From Heterodontus francisci (lineage: Eukaryota), in assembly GCF_036365525.1 (NCBI RefSeq), contig NW_027142006.1:6696001-6760000 (forward strand): 64,000 nucleotides of DNA. The letters run 5' to 3'. The notes under the pieces were generated by a model. The model saw nothing but the letters and a program-made list of their open reading frames with translations. It was not told the origin of the DNA and ran no database searches. Below are positions 25,012 to 42,539 of the stretch, in pieces. The position numbers and the translations under genes were made by a program. The stretch's first letter is position 1. Each line of letters starts with the position of its first letter.

Positions 25012-28000
25012 AAGATTAGAGAGGTAAATGCGTGGCTCAAAGATTTTTGTGGGAGAAATGAGTTCCAATTCATGGGACACTGGCACCAGTACTGGAGAAA
25101 GAGAGAGCTGTTCCATTGGGATGGGCTGCACCTGAACCATGCTGGGACCAGTGTCCTGGCGAATCGTACAACTAGGCTTGTAGATAAGGCTTTAAACTAA
25201 ATAGTGGGGTGGAGGGTTCTATTGAAGGGAAGTTTATAAAGTTGAAAAGTAACGAGAGAACAGAGGTGCAGGGTAGTGAAGGGGCATACATTAATCAGAG
25301 TGTGACCGGTAGGAACAGAGAATACAAGCATAAGAGTACAGTAGAAATTAGAACTAGAATAGGTAAAAATGGGAATAAGTCAAAGCTTCAGGCTCTTTAT
25401 CTGAATGCACATCGCATTTGTAACAAGATAGATGAGCTGACGGCACACAGAGAAATAAATGAATATGATTTGATAGCTATCACTGAGACGTGGTTGCAGG
25501 ATGACCAGGACTGGAATCTCAATGTTCAAGGATATTCGACGTTCCGGAAGAATAGGCAGAAAGGAAAAGGAGGTGGGGTAGCTTTGTTAAAGGAAGGGAT
25601 CAGTGCAGTTGTGAGGAATGATATAGGTGTAATAGATGGTAATGTAGAATCAGTTTGGTTGGAAATAAGGAATAGCAAGGGGAAGAAATCACGGATGGGA
25701 ATGGTCTATAGGCCCCTGAGGAGTTGTGCCTCTGTAGGACAAAATATTAATCAGGAAATAATGGAGGCGTGTAAGAAGAACACTGCAATTATCGTGGGTG
25801 ATTTTAATCTTCATATAGACTGGACAAATCAAATTGGCAAGGGTAGCATGGAAGACGAATTTGTAGAGTGCATCAGGGATTGTTTCTTCGAACATTGCAG
25901 AACCTAGCCAGGAACAGGCTATTTTAGACTTGGTAATGTGTAATGAGGTAGGATTAATAAGATATCTCGTAGTTAAGGATCCTCTAGGGGGAAGTGATCA
26001 TAACATGGTAGAATTTCAAATTCAGTTTGAGGGTGAGCAACTGGGGTCTCAAACCAGTGTCTTCAACTTGAACAAGGGCAATTACAGTGGTAGGAAGAAT
26101 GAGTTGTCTAAAGCAGGCTGGGAAAATAGACTACGGGGGAAGTCAGTCGATGAGCAGTGGCAGACTTTTAAGCAGATATTTCATAACACTCAGCAAACAT
26201 TTATTCCGGTCAGAAGGAAGGACTCGAGGAGAACGATGAACCACCCGAGGATAACAAAGTAAGTTAAGGAGAGTATCAAATCAAAAGCAAAGGCAGACAA
26301 AGCAGCAAAAGCTAGTGCTAGGCCAGAGGAATGGGAATTTTTTAGAAACCAGCAGTGCATGACTTAAAAAATGAATAAAGAGAGAAAATTGATTGAGAGT
26401 AAATTGGCAAGAAATATAAAAACAAACAGCAAGAGCTCGGGGGCCTATAGACCACTCCAATGCGTGATTTCTTTCCCTTGCTATTCCTTATTTTCACCCA
26501 AACTGATTCTACATCACCATCTATTACACCGATATCATTCCTCACAACTGCACTGATCCCTTCCTTTAATAATAAAGCTACCCCACCTCCTTTTCCTTTC
26601 TCCCTATTCTTCCGGAATATCGAATATCCTTGAACATAAAAAGGAAGAGAGTAGCTAAAGTACATGTGGGACCCTTAGAGGATGAGACTGGGGAATAAAT
26701 AACATGGAACAGGGGAATGGCAGATAATTTAAGCCAATATTTTGCATCGGTCTTCACGGTGGAAGACACTATAAACATCCCAACAATAATAGATGAGCAA
26801 GGTGTAAATGGGAGGGAGGAACTTGTAACAATCTCTATCACGAGGGAAAAGGTGCTGGACAAACTGATGGAACTAAAGACAGACAAGTCGCCAAGAACTG
26901 ATGGCCTCCATCCAAGGGTTTTAAAAGAAGTGGCTGCAGAGATAGTAGGGGCATTGGTCATAATATACCAAAATTCACTGGATTCCGTAGGGTGCCAGCG
27001 GATTGGAAAACCGCTAATGCGACGCCCTTATTCAAGAAAGGAGGGAGACAGAAGGCAGGAAACTATAGACCAGTTAGCTTAACATCTGTCATTGGGAAAA
27101 TGCTAGAGTCCATTAGTGAGGAAGAAATAGCAGGACATTTAGAAAAACATAATGCAATCAAACAGAGTCAACATGGTTTTATGAAAGGGAAATCATGTTT
27201 GACAAACTTGTTAGAGCTCTTTGAGGATATAACAAGCAGAGTGGATAAAGGGGAACCAGTAGATGTAGTGTATTTGGATTTTCAGAAGGCGCCACATAAA
27301 AGGTTATTGCACAAAATAGGAGCTCAGGGTATTGGGGGTAATGTGTTAGCATGGATTGAGGATTGGCTAACACACAGAAGGCAAAGTGTCGGGATTAATT
27401 GGTCTTTTTCAGGTTGGAAAGCCGTATTTAGTGGGGTGCCACAAGGATCAGTCCTAGAGCCTCAACTATTTACTATCTATATTAATGACCTGGAGGAAGG
27501 GACAGATTGTAGAGTATCCAAATTTGCTGACGATACAAAAATAGGTGGAAAGGCATGTTGTGATGAGGACACAAAGAAACTGTAAAGGGATATGTTAAGT
27601 GAGTGGGCAAAAACTTGGCAGATGGAGTTCAATGTGGGAAAGTGTGAGGTAATCCACTTTGGCAGGAAGAATAAAAAGGCAGATTATTATTTAGATGGAG
27701 AAAAACTACAAAATTCAAAATGCAGTTCAGAGGGATCTGGGTGTTCTTGTGCAGGAAACACAAAAAGTTAGCATGCAGGTGCAGCAAATAATTAGGAAGG
27801 CAAATGGAATTTTGGCCTTTATTGCTCAGGGGTGAGAGTTTAAAAATAGGAAAGTCTTATTACAACTGTACAGGGTGTTGGTGAGGCCACACGTGGAGTA
27901 CTGCGTACAGTTTTGGTCACTGTATTTAAGGAAGGATATCCTAGCATTGGAGGCAGTTCAGAAAAGGTTCACTAGGCTGATTCCTGGAATGCAGGGGTTG

Positions 28001-29861
28001 TCTTATCAAGAACAGAATGAGAGGTGATCTTATTGAAACAAATAAGATTCTAAGGGGGCTTGACAGGGTAGATGTTGAGAATATATTTCCACTGGTGGGG
28101 GAATCTCGAACTAGGGGACATTGTTACAGAATAAGGGGGCACACATTTAAAACTGAGATGTGTATGAATTTTTTTCTCTGAGGGTGGTGAATTTCTGGAA
28201 TTCTCTACCTCAGAGAGTTGTGGAGGCTAGGTCACGAAATGTATTTAAGGAGGTGGTAGATAGATTTTTGAAATCTCAGGGAGTGGAGGGTTAAGCGGAG
28301 CAGGCTCAAAAGAGGAGTTGAGGCATGGGAGAGATCAGCCATGATCTTATTGAATGGCGGGCCAGGCTTGAGGGGCTGAATGGCCTGCTCCTCTTCCTAC
28401 TTGTGCTCAGTTTGCAGTAATGGAAGACTATGTCTTCCATTTTTACCATTTATGAGTTTTGTGGAGTAGTGTGTAACATGTAGCTCAGTCTGCAATCTAA
28501 CATTATTGAGATTAATTCTGTACTTTACTATCAGGTCCTGTTTGTCTTTCCCATCTGACATAGAATTTGTAGTTCAGGCTGCACTCTTGTGAGAATGACA
28601 CAGTGCCTTGCAATCTGATAGTGGGTGTGATTTTGTGCGGAGATTGATGTATCTACCTGGGACAGAGTTGGGGTGAAATGGAACCAACCTCAGTCTGTCC
28701 TGCGCTGTGTGACTGTTGGATTGAATAAATGTGTCTGGAACTTGGGATCAGTGCCGGTCTGACTACGTTTGCTGTCGGTGATTGTGGAACTGATGTCTCT
28801 GCTCTCTGTGAGTGAAACTGTACTTACTGTGTGTGAGGAGCTGGCTGCACTTCCTCTTGTGTCGAGGAATCACGACATTTATTCTGCTTCCATCAAGTAT
28901 TTGCCTGTAGAAAGGAAATGTATTTATTATAATTCAGGAAGAGATGTGGTAGAAGATACAAAAGTGACCAAAACAATTTTTCAATTAATAATCATTATGA
29001 ACAATCACAAAGGAAACCCAGCAACACAAACAGAGTCAGTGTCTGATTCCACTGCAGTCCTGCAGCCCCCAGCTACTGCATACCAGGGGCTTTGGCCATT
29101 TTACAACAATTAAATGACATCCAGAAACAATCCACTGGGCCATGAATAGGACTGACCGACGGAGCAGGGACTTTAACACAGGTCAGATTTCCAGTTCCCG
29201 CTCCCATGGTCTAACCGTTCAAGCGAAACCAAACAGCCGCTGTTTAAAATGTGTCCTTCACACTTCTCACCTGGTGCCTATAATAGATTCTCTTTGTGTA
29301 ACTCCCCACATCCCACTGTCCAATAACAATCTATGGGATTAGACTGGATTGCTGCCTTTGCATTGGTGTGGATACGATGGGCCAAATGGCCTAATTCTGT
29401 GCTGGAACTTTTTGATGTTTCTGTTTGGTGAATTCTTTCAGAAATCTGCACCTGCGCTCCCCTCCCCCATCTACCTGTCATGGGGCAGTGCAATGGTTAA
29501 AGAATGGAGGGTTTCATCAACTGGATGGTGACGTATATTTAATATAACAGTGACGTGCTGTCTACTACACCACAGAGCCATTCACAGACAAAGCCCAACC
29601 ACCAGCTCCTTCTCACACACAGTCCGTACATTATCACACACACAGCGCAGAGACACAGACAGGTCATCAGTTCCACAGTCTCAGACAGCAGAAATCGTTC
29701 CAGAGACACATTTTCAATCCATCAATCAAATAGAGCAGGAGAGACAGACGTTGTTTCCATGTCACCCCAACTCAGTACCACTGACAGGTAGATACATAAA
29801 TCCCAGTCCAAATTCTCTCTCACTATCAAATTATCACTGTGTCAATCCCACAATATTGCAA

Positions 29862-32800
29862 GCGAATAATGCAAGGCTGGATTTCATCTATTTTAACGCA
29901 AGGCGTCTTACAAGTAAGGCAGATGAATTGAGGGCTAAAAACAAGAAATGCTCAAAATACTCAGCAGGTCTGGCAGCATCTGTGGAGAGAGAAGCAGAGT
30001 TACCATTTCAGGGCATTTGGGGCAGCACAGTGGTTAGCACCGCAGCCTCACAGCTCCAGCGACCCGGGTTCAATTCTGGGTGCTGCCTGTGTGGAGTTTG
30101 CAAGTTCTCCCTGTGTCTGCGTGGGTTTTCTCCGGGTGCTCCGGTTTCCTCCCACATGCCAAAGACTTGCAGGTTGATAGGTAAAATTGGCCATTAAAAA
30201 TTACCCCTAGTATAGGTATGTGGTAGGGAAATATAGGGACAGGTGGGGATGTGGTAGGAATATGGAATTAGTGTAGGATTAGTATGGATGGGTGGTTGAT
30301 GGTCGGCACAGACTCGGTGGGCCAAAGGGCCTGTTTCAGTGCTGTATCTCTAAATAAAAAAATAAAAGGTCAGTGACCCTTCTTCAGAACTCCGAAGATG
30401 AATTGAGGGCGTTGATTAACACATGGCAATATGATATTGCTATCACGGAAACATGGTTGAGGGAAGGGCAGGACTGACAGCTCAATATTCCAGGGTATAG
30501 AATCTTCAGGTGTGACAAGGACTGGAATGGGGGCAAGGGGGAGGGGGAGGGGGTGGGGTGAATGTCAAAGAGGAGGTGGCATTGCACTATTGACCAAGGA
30601 ATCATTTACTACAGTAAGGAAGGATGATATATTAAAAGGTTCTTTAAATGAGGCCATATGGTTAGAACTTAAAAACAAAAATGGGGCAAGCACTTGTCTG
30701 GGAGTGTACTACAGGCCTCCAAACAGTCAGGGAGAGATAGAGGAGCAGATATGTAGGTAAATCTAAAAGGGGTGTAAAAATAATAGGGTAATAAGAGGGA
30801 ATTTCAACTTCCCCAATATTAACTGGGATAGTCGTAGTGCAAAAGGTTAAAGGGGGTGGAATTCTGAAAGTGCATTCGGGAGAGCTTTTAGAGCAAGCAC
30901 GTAGAGAGTCCTGCAAGAGAAAGTGGTACTGGACCTAATCTCGGGGAATGAAGCCGCACAAGTGGTAGAAGTGTCAGTGGGGGAGCATTTCATGGATAGT
31001 GACCATAACTCTAAGATTTAAGGCAGTTATGGAAAAGGACAAAAATGAACTGGAAATAAAGGTACTGTTTTGGGGGAAGGTCAATTTCAATATGATAAAA
31101 CAGGATCTGGCCAAAGTGGACTGGGAGCAGCTACTTCTAGGAAAGTCTACATCAGACCAGCGGGAGTCATTTATAAAGGAGATAGTGAGAGTTCAGGGCC
31201 CACATGTTCCCGTAAAGATGAAGGGGAGGACCAACAAGTTTAGGGAACACTGAATGTCAAGGGATATCAAGGATTGAATAAGGAAAAAAAAAGGCTTATG
31301 GCAGATTCAGAGGGCTGAAAACAGCAAAGGCCCTCGAGGAGTATAGAAAGTGCAGGTGGGGGTGGGTACATTAAAAAAAAAAGTAATTAAGAGAGCGAAG
31401 AGGGGGCATGAAAAAACACTGGTGGGCAAGATAAAGGAAAATCCCAAGGCATTTTATAAGTATATTAAGGGCAAGAGGATAACCAGGGAAAGAGTAGGGC
31501 CCATTAGGGACCAACGTGGCAATCTGTATGTGGAGCCGGAGGATGTAAGCGAGGTTTTGGTTGGTTACTTTTCTTCTGTGTTCACTATGGAGAAGGACGA
31601 TGTTGGTGTAGAGATCAGGGAGGGGGATTGTGATATACGTGAACAAATTAGCATTGAACGGGAGGAGGTGTTAGCGGTTTTAGCGGGCTCAAAAGTGGAT
31701 AAATCATCAGGCCCAAATGAGATGTATTCCAGGCTGCTATGTGTGGCAAGGGAGGAGATTGCAGGGTCTCTGACACAAATTTTCAAATCCTCTCTGGCCA
31801 CAGGAGAGGTGCCAGAGGACTGGAGGACGGTGAATGTGGTACCATTATTCAAGAAGGGGAGCAGGGATAAACCAGGTAATTACAGGCCAGTGAGTCTAAC
31901 ATCAGTGGTAAGAAAACTATTGGGAAAAAATTCTGAGGGACAGGATTAATCTCCACTTGGAGAGGCAGGGATCAATCAGGGATAGTCAGTATGGCTTTGT
32001 CAGGGGGAGATCGTGTCTAACAAATTTGATTGAATTTTGTGAGGTGGTGATTAGGCATGTAGATGAGGTTAAAACAGTTGATGTAGTCTACATGGACTTC
32101 AGTAAGGCTTTTGATAAGGTCCCACATGGGAGATTGGTCAAGAAGGTAAGAGTCCATGGGATCCAGAGCAATTTGGCAAATTGGATCCAAAATTGGCTTA
32201 TTGGCAGGAGGCAGAGGGTGATGGTCGAGGGTTGTTTTTGCGATTGAAAGCCTGTGACCAGTGGTGTACGCAGGGATTGGTGCAGGGACCCTTGCTGTTT
32301 GCAGTGTACATTAATGATTTAGATGTGAATATAGGTAATATGATTAGTAAGTTCGCAGATGACATGAAAATTGGTGGGTGTCGTAAATAGTGAGGAGGAA
32401 AGCCTTGGATTATGGACGATATAGATGGGTTGGTAAGGTGGGCAGAGCAGTGGCAGATAAAATTTAATTCTGAGAAGTGTGAGGTGATGCATTTTGGGAG
32501 GACTAACAAGGCAAGAGAACATACAATAGATGAAAGGACCACAGGAAGTACAGAGGGACATTGGTATACTTGTCCATTGAACACCGAAGGCAGCAGCACA
32601 GGTGGAAAAGGTGGTTAGGAAGACATATGGGATAGTTGCCTTTATTAGCCGAGGCATAGAATATAAGAGCAGGGAGGTTATGATGGAGTTGTATAAAATG
32701 CTCGTTCGGCCACAGCTGGAGTACTGTGTACAGTTCTGGTCGCCACACTATGGGAAGGATGTGATTGCACTGGAGAGGTTGCAGAGGAGATTCACCAGGA

Positions 32801-33268
32801 TGTTGCCTGAGCTGGAACATTTCAGCTGTGAAGAGAGACTGGATAGGCCATGGTTGTTTTCCTTAGAACAGAGAAGGCCGAGGGGGGACCTGATTGAGGT
32901 ATAAAAAATTATGAGTGGCATGGATACGGTAGATAGGAAGAAACTTTTTTTCCCTTAGCAGAGGTGTCAATAACCAGGGGGCATGGATTTAAGGTAAGGG
33001 GCAAGAGGTTGAGCGGGGAATTGAGGAAAAACCTTTTCTCCCAGAGAGGGGTTGGAATCTGGAACACACTGCTTGAAGGGGCGGTAGAGGCAGGAACCCT
33101 CACAACATTTAAGAATAATTTAGATAAGCACTTGAAATGCCATAGCATACAAGTCTACAGGCCAAGTGCTAGAAAATAGGATTAGAAAAGATAGGTGCTT
33201 GATGGCTGACATGGACACGATGGGCTGAAGGGCCTGTTTCTATGCTGTATAACTCTGACTCTATGACT
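29862..33268 (+). mobile_element. CR1 LINE, duplicate of 4853-8259 (includes the Penelope-like fragment 29936-30395)
   Basis: Same sequence at +25,009. Confidence 0.92.
30012..30367 (+). mobile_element. V-SINE (HE1-like), duplicate of 5003-5358
   Basis: Same sequence at +25,009. Confidence 0.9.
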
Positions 33269-33430
33269 AACCTCAGCTACAATTTAAATACATATAGAAC
33301 TGGCACGTGGTTCCAGTTTCAAAGTTACAGAATTAACCTCAATAATGTACTCTGAGATTCAGGTTAAATACCAGCTAAATATTTACACGTTATGAGTTTA
33401 GAAGTTGCAGTATTAATTCCCATAATGTAT

Positions 33431-33764
33431 TTATTTTTATTTAGAGATTCAGCATTGAAACAGGCCTATCGGCCCACCGGGTCTGTGCCGACCAACAACC
33501 ACCCATTTATATTAATCCTACATTAATCCCATACTCCCTACCACATCCCCACCATTCTCCAACCACCGACCTACACTTAGGGAAATTTACAATGGCCAAT
33601 TTACTGATCAACCTGCAAGTCTTTGGCTGTGGGAGGAAACCGGAGCACGCGGCGGAAACCCACGCGGTCACAGGGTGGACTTGCAAACTCCACACAGGCA
33701 GTACCCAGAACTGAACCCGGGTCACTGGAGCTGTGAGGCTGCGGTGCTAACCACTGCATCACCC
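33431..33764 (-). mobile_element. V-SINE (HE1-like), duplicate of 8422-8755
   Basis: Same sequence at +25,009. Confidence 0.88.
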
Positions 33765-34528
33765 ACATTTGGACACTAGTCCATATCTCAACTGCATAAT
33801 CAGATTGAGAGATTATGAAAAACAGTATAACCTAAGATACAAACTCAGATTCCAGTTTAAAACTTATCTGGATTGTGGAACTAAAAGATACAATATAAAT
33901 TTGATTTGTCTAGTGAGCTATAAGTTTTCTACCAGTCCAAAAACCACATATAGTGTCAGATGGAAGATACTGTACAGTTCCAGATGTATAGGGTCATTTT
34001 ACATGCAAGTCCAAAATTCTCACTGTCCGACTGAATGACACTGATCAAATTGCTTCGTACAGTCTGAGTTACACTTGCACACCAATCCGGTATTAGATTG
34101 TAGGATCCATTATCTTTCACTATTGTGTTCACAGTGACAGATATTTAATAACAAGCAAAACCTCAAACGTATTGTCTGCTTAAAACCGACCACATCAGTG
34201 GCCTGTTGCTGTGCTGACATTTTATGTAGAATGAATCCAGACTTGCAAACAGTCCCAGGGACAGAAGATTATATAATGAATCCCATACTCATACAGAGTA
34301 CCAGACACTGCCAGATAGAGAGTGATGCTGAAAAACATGCTCAGTGCCAGGTGCTGAAAGGCATCGGTTGATGACTGCACTCACTCACAATTCCTCAGCC
34401 TGAGTCATCTAAAGCAATTTAACACACAAATAGTAGCACTGAGAGATTGAGAAAGAGTCCAAAACTCACATGGAGCACTCGATGCTGACAGATACAAACT
34501 GAAGACTATACACACATGGATCTAGGAT

Positions 34529-35619
34529 GAGCTAACTCACAGGAAACAGAGAGTGGGGATAAATTGGGCATTTTCATTTTCGCAATCTAACTAATGGAGT
34601 GCCACAGTGATCAGTGCTGGTGCCTCAACTATGTATGGTCTATATTAATAACTTACATGAAGCGATCAAGTGTATTGTTGCCAAATTTATGGATGTGACA
34701 AAGATCGATAGGAAAGAAAGTTATGAAGAGGATAAAGTGTCTGCAAAGAGATATAGATAGGTTAAGTCAATGGGCAAAAGTTTGGCAGCTGGAGTATAAT
34801 GTGGGAAAATGTGAGGTTGTCTAATTTGGCAGGAAGAATAGAAAAAAAGAATATTACTTACATAGAGAGAGACTGCAGAATGCTGCTGTACCAAGGGATC
34901 TGGGTGCCAGGTACATGAATTACAAAAAGTTAGCATGAAGGTATAGCAAGGAATTAGGAAGGAAAATGGAATGTTGGCATTTTTAGCAAGGGGAATGGAG
35001 TATAAAAGTAGGGAAGTTTTACTATAACTGTCTAGGGCATTAGTGACAACCCAACTAAAGGACTCCATACAGTTTTGGTCTCCTTACTTAAGGAGGGATA
35101 TACTTGCATTGGAATCAACTCAAATAAGGTTCACTAGGCTGATTTCTGTGATGAAGGATTGCCTTATGAGACAATGTTGAGCAGGTTGGGCCTATACCCA
35201 CTGTAGTTAGAAGATTGAGAGGTGATCTTATTGAAACCTATAAGATTCTCAGTGGGCTGGACAGGTAGATGCTGAGAGGATGTTTCTCCTTGTGGGGGAA
35301 TGTAGGGGCGAGAGTTTCAAGCTAAGTGGTCTTCCATTCAAGAAGGAGATGAAGAGGAATTTCTTCTCTCAGAGGGTTGTTCATCTTTGGAATTCTGTTC
35401 CCCAGAGGACTGTGGAGGCTGAGTCATTGAATCAAGGCTCTGTTCGACAAATTTTTGATCTACATGGGAATCAATGGTTGGGAATCAATGGTTATGGGCG
35501 CAGGCAGGAAGGTGAAATTAAGGTCACAATCAGAAGAGCCATGATCTTATCGAATGGCAGAGCAGGCTTGATGGGTCAAATGGTCTATTTCTGCTCCTAT
35601 TTCGTATCTTATTATATTC
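34529..35619 (+). mobile_element. Old CR1 3' fragment, duplicate of 9520-10610
   Basis: Same sequence at +25,009. Confidence 0.8.
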
Positions 35620-36488
35620 TTACACACACGTGTACACACACACACACAACCAGTGTGTGGCAGATCCAGAATTCATCTCACTTTCATACACAATACCAGT
35701 GACTGAAAGGTACAGAATCAATCCCACAGATGCATACAGTACCACCGACAAGTACAGGATGAATCCCATGCTCACACACACCACTAGGTATTAAAAGATA
35801 CATGTGATTCCCACTCGCACATGACAATATGAGACGGAGTTACAGAATGATTTCCACATTCACATAGAGCACCACTGACTGCTGATCAATTCATCCCACA
35901 ATCTCACACACTACCAGAGGTTGAGAGATACAAAATTAATCCCACACTCCGATGTAGTAGCAAAGACTGACACATACAAAATCAATCACAAACACTCCTA
36001 CAGTACCACTGGCAGATTCAGTAACTGCCAAAATTACCAGAGACTGACAAATAAATCGTGAACTCCTACATATTGTGAGATGCTGACACAGATAGCTTGA
36101 ATTCCACACATACAGAACCACTGACAGATTCAGAGTCAGTCCCAAATTCACGTACCATCCCAGAGACTGACAGATACAGAATGGATGTCATACTCAAACA
36201 CAGTACCAGAGTCTGACAGATAGATAAGGAATCCATACAGCACCAGAGACCGAGAGCTACCGAATTACATAACATGTGCAAACACAGTACCACAGACTAA
36301 AAGCAGTGGAATTAATTGCACATTCACATGCAATAGCAGAGACACAACGACAGAGAATCATCAATAAGTGTCCTCCCACCAACAGCCAGGACATTTCCAG
36401 GGAGCTGTACACAGGGAGCGGCTCTTTCAATATCAACTGGGGCCGGAGGATCTTCGTGAAATATCCTTCCTGATTGCAGGAAGGGTGT

Positions 36489-36654
36489 TTGTGATTGGTT
36501 GCAAATGTTTATTCTGATTGGATGAGGAAAAACACCAATTAGAGAATTACAGTTAAAAAACCTTTATGACATCACTCCCAATCACCCAATCACAATCTTT
36601 ACTTTCCCCCCATCCCTCATTAGCATAGAGCTGTGGGATTGTCTATTTAATCCG
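36489..36654 (+). promoter_or_regulatory. Histone H2B promoter (copy 2)
   Basis: CCAAT boxes, ATTAGCAT and TATTTAA. Confidence 0.8.
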
Positions 36655-36703
36655 CACTCGGAAGGGGTTTGGTTTATTTCTGTGTCTGAAATTGAATCTG
36701 AAG

Positions 36704-37078
36704 ATGCCTGAAAAGAAGAAAGCAGCTCCGAAGAAGGGCGCCAAGAAAGCCTTAAATAAACCGTCAGCAAAGGGCGGCAAGAAGCGGAGAAAGTCGAGGA
36801 AGGAGAGTTACTCCATCTACATCTACAAAGTGATGAAGCAGGTTCACCCCGACACCGGCATCTCCTCCAAGGCCATGAGCATCATGAACTCGTTTGTGAA
36901 CGATATTTTCGAGCGCATCGCGGGTGAGGCTTCCCGCCTGGCCCATTACAACAAGCGCAGCACCATCAGCTCCCGGGAGATCCAGACCGCCGTGCGCCTG
37001 CTGCTGCCCGGGGAGCTGGCCAAGCACGCCGTGTCGGAAGGGACAAAGGCGGTGACCAAGTACACCAGCTCCAAGTAA
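36704..37078 (+). CDS. H2B: Histone H2B, replication-dependent, intact (124 aa)
   Basis: Protein identical to 11695-12069. Confidence 0.98.
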   Translation: MPEKKKAAPKKGAKKALNKPSAKGGKKRRKSRKESYSIYIYKVMKQVHPDTGISSKAMSIMNSFVNDIFERIAGEASRLAHYNKRSTISSREIQTAVRLLLPGELAKHAVSEGTKAVTKYTSSK

Positions 37079-37115
37079 AACTGCACAATGGACTGAAAAA
37101 CAGATCAAACACAAC

Positions 37116-37156
37116 GGCTCTTTTAAGAGCCACCCACAATCTCTCTGAAAAAGCTG
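37116..37156 (+). terminator. Histone 3' stem-loop and downstream element
   Basis: GGCTCTTTTAAGAGCC at 37116-37131. Confidence 0.95.
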
Positions 37157-37778
37157 CATCCGAACATCTCTATTAAATTATTTTAAAACAATGTATAACA
37201 TAATAACGTTCCCACTGCTGTACCTGTGTCTTCTGTCCCATAAACTGTACACGGACACATAATCCGCTCATCCGCCTTCGCTTTTTTGCTAAAAGCTGTT
37301 ATTATTGCACAGCTCCTCAATGACTGCATTAACAGCTGTTTTTAGCTGTAAAGGTCAGACCTTAGTCCCTTCACTCTATTCCTGAAATGTGAACTGATTC
37401 ATCGTTTTATTCACAGCAACTCGCCAGAACAGGAACAGAGCAGATTGAGCAGATCCGGCTTCCTCTTTTCAGAGAAGGACACTGGGCTCTGATTGAAGAC
37501 TAAACTGAGTGTTTTCCTTCAGGGAAATGCTATGAACAGGGATTTATTCCCAACTGGAACAGTTTGTAAACGATTGTAGAATGAACCACAATTTACACAA
37601 CATTTTTAAACCGCGCTTGTGATTGGTGACGGAAAGAATTGAATAAAACAAAAAAAAGAGAAGGGATTTGAAATCTTTGACTAAGGATGACATTTATTTT
37701 AATCCGCTCTTTTCCGAGAATGGAATTGGCGGGCTTTGTGAAATTGACAAATTCTCTGCTTCTGGTAGTGTGGCGGGT

Positions 37779-37937
37779 AAATCCCGCCCTCTTCCGTTTG
37801 TCAGTGCCCTGATTGGTGAAGAATATAGGCAAATGAGGTGAATTAAGTACCGACCAAGGAGATGAGTTCTCAGTCTATAAGTACAGTAAATGCTGCGGAA
37901 AATAACCATTCTTCGTCAAGGTATTTGTGAGATTGTT

Positions 37938-37939
<2 letters not shown>
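37779..37939 (+). promoter_or_regulatory. Histone H2A promoter and 5'UTR, now abutting the Tx1 insertion
   Basis: GC box, ATTGG, GGCAAATGAG and TATAAGTA at 37876-37883. Removing the Tx1 places it directly before H2A codon 3. Confidence 0.78.
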
Positions 37940-40206
<2,267 letters not shown>

Positions 40207-40236
40207 AGCGGCCAAAATATCATCTAATAAACCAAA

Positions 40237-40252
40237 GGCTCTTTTCAGAGCC
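40237..40252 (+). terminator. Histone 3' stem-loop (H2A)
   Basis: GGCTCTTTTCAGAGCC followed by ACCCA. Confidence 0.95.
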
Positions 40253-40994
40253 ACCCACAGTCTCTGTGAAATTGCTGGTTACTGTCAGGAGGGAATCAGA
40301 GATGGAGTTATTGTAACAGTGGATTGACCTGTTTCGCATGCAGACAGTTTCAATTCTGTTTTTTCTCTCTCTCCGGCTTCTCAATGAGAATTTGCTCCCG
40401 GAGCAGAGTAAATGCAGGAAGAGGCCATTCTCGGGCTGTATGTTTCTCTCCTAACCTGATCTGTTCAGACCGCACTGTTCCCAGAGGACGGAATCTGAGA
40501 GTTGCTCACACACGGGAGCTGAGTCCATTGCAGCGCTTTAATATGTGCCTTCCCCCCCGGCCCTCCCTATTCTCCGGACACAAAGCTGTCTACTCCCCCG
40601 GCGGCGGGAGAGTCGGGGATTCTCTCCCCGCAGTGTCAGGGTTTGCAACCCCGGGGAACTGGCGGTTCGAGTCAGTGTGACCGAGCTGCCTTACATGTCC
40701 TGTGTACCGATCTCCAAGGGATTCAACTATTAGCGAACTCATTGGGTAATGTTTGTAAATAACCCTCATGTGAACGGAGCTGGCTCCATTAATGCCTTCC
40801 AAATAAAACTGGGATCCATTTCTTTTCCCCAAATGTCAGCTAACGGATCCCAGGAGCAGGGTTGAGATTGTGCTGAACAGCAATGAGTCTCCGGTAATGC
40901 TGCTTTCTAAATTCCAGATCAGCTCTCAGTCCGACAGGCCTTTCGGGAAAGTGATGTGACAAAACAGAAACCATGTGACCGCCCCTCCAATCTA

Positions 40995-41690
<696 letters not shown>

Positions 41691-42486
41691 ATTATTACTG
41701 ATTACTCAATTTTAAAAAAACCGCCAATATCAGTGCCGGAAACAACAGTTTTGACAAAGGAGAAATTTGATTTAATTCATCTTATGAACATGATCAGAAC
41801 ATTTCAATGATATTTGTCAGCAAAGATCTTTTACAGCAAAGATTTTAAACTCTTTCTCTTGTATTATTCCACACATTGTCACAAGTTCCAGATACACTTT
41901 TCCAATCTGGTATCTATTCGGGTTTATTCTCCGTCCTTTTTGAAACAGTCTGGAAGCGGCGGCAGAAAGTCTCTTTCACAGCATTCTGCAAACGGATACA
42001 TTTCAGGTCAATCTTTGTCAAGATACCGAATCACTGATTCTAGATTGAACCTATTTATGGGAGACAAAAGCGGAGAGAAAGTGTTTTATTGTCAGGAGTT
42101 GAAATGTGAGACTGAGGTTTCCTACAACAGCGGGGTTTCCAGATAATGTACTTATTAATTATTGAGGCCAAGCTTGAACAAGGGAAACAAGTGACTGAGA
42201 ACTGATCTGTCAGCTTTTATTAGCGGAATACAGGAAAGGGGCCGAATATGAACGCGTCTGAAATCAAAGCGCACTTGCGGTCAGTGGTCAGTAATTAATT
42301 TACACGGCATCATTAAGTAGAGACACAAAGATCTCACAGACAGTGAAAGTGAATCACCCAAATATACCTGGGATAAAACAGAGATCACAAAGGCAATTAG
42401 AAAGTTCCAGACTTTTCATATATAAGAAACAAAACAAATCGATACCATAGAGATGAAGTTGTAGCTTTTTCAGAGAGATTGTGGGT

Positions 42487-42502
42487 GGCTCTTAAAAGAG
42501 CC
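42487..42502 (-). terminator. Histone 3' stem-loop (H2B pseudogene)
   Basis: Minus strand GGCTCTTTTAAGAGCC. Confidence 0.95.
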
Positions 42503-42539
42503 GTTGTGTTTGGGATGTTTTTCAGTCCATTGTGCAGTT

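Larger units (their letters stand above)
22158..28403 (+). mobile_element. Near full-length CR1 LINE: tandem-monomer 5' end, ORF1 (zinc finger + SGNH esterase) and ORF2, all decayed
   Basis: ORF1 from ATG 23889 (MAGQAMCYSCSMWE, VIGDSIVRG, CLPGAKVKD, HIDTNN, DGLHLN) and ORF2 APE/RT motifs. The whole block is absent from the paralogue near 55100-55130. Confidence 0.9.
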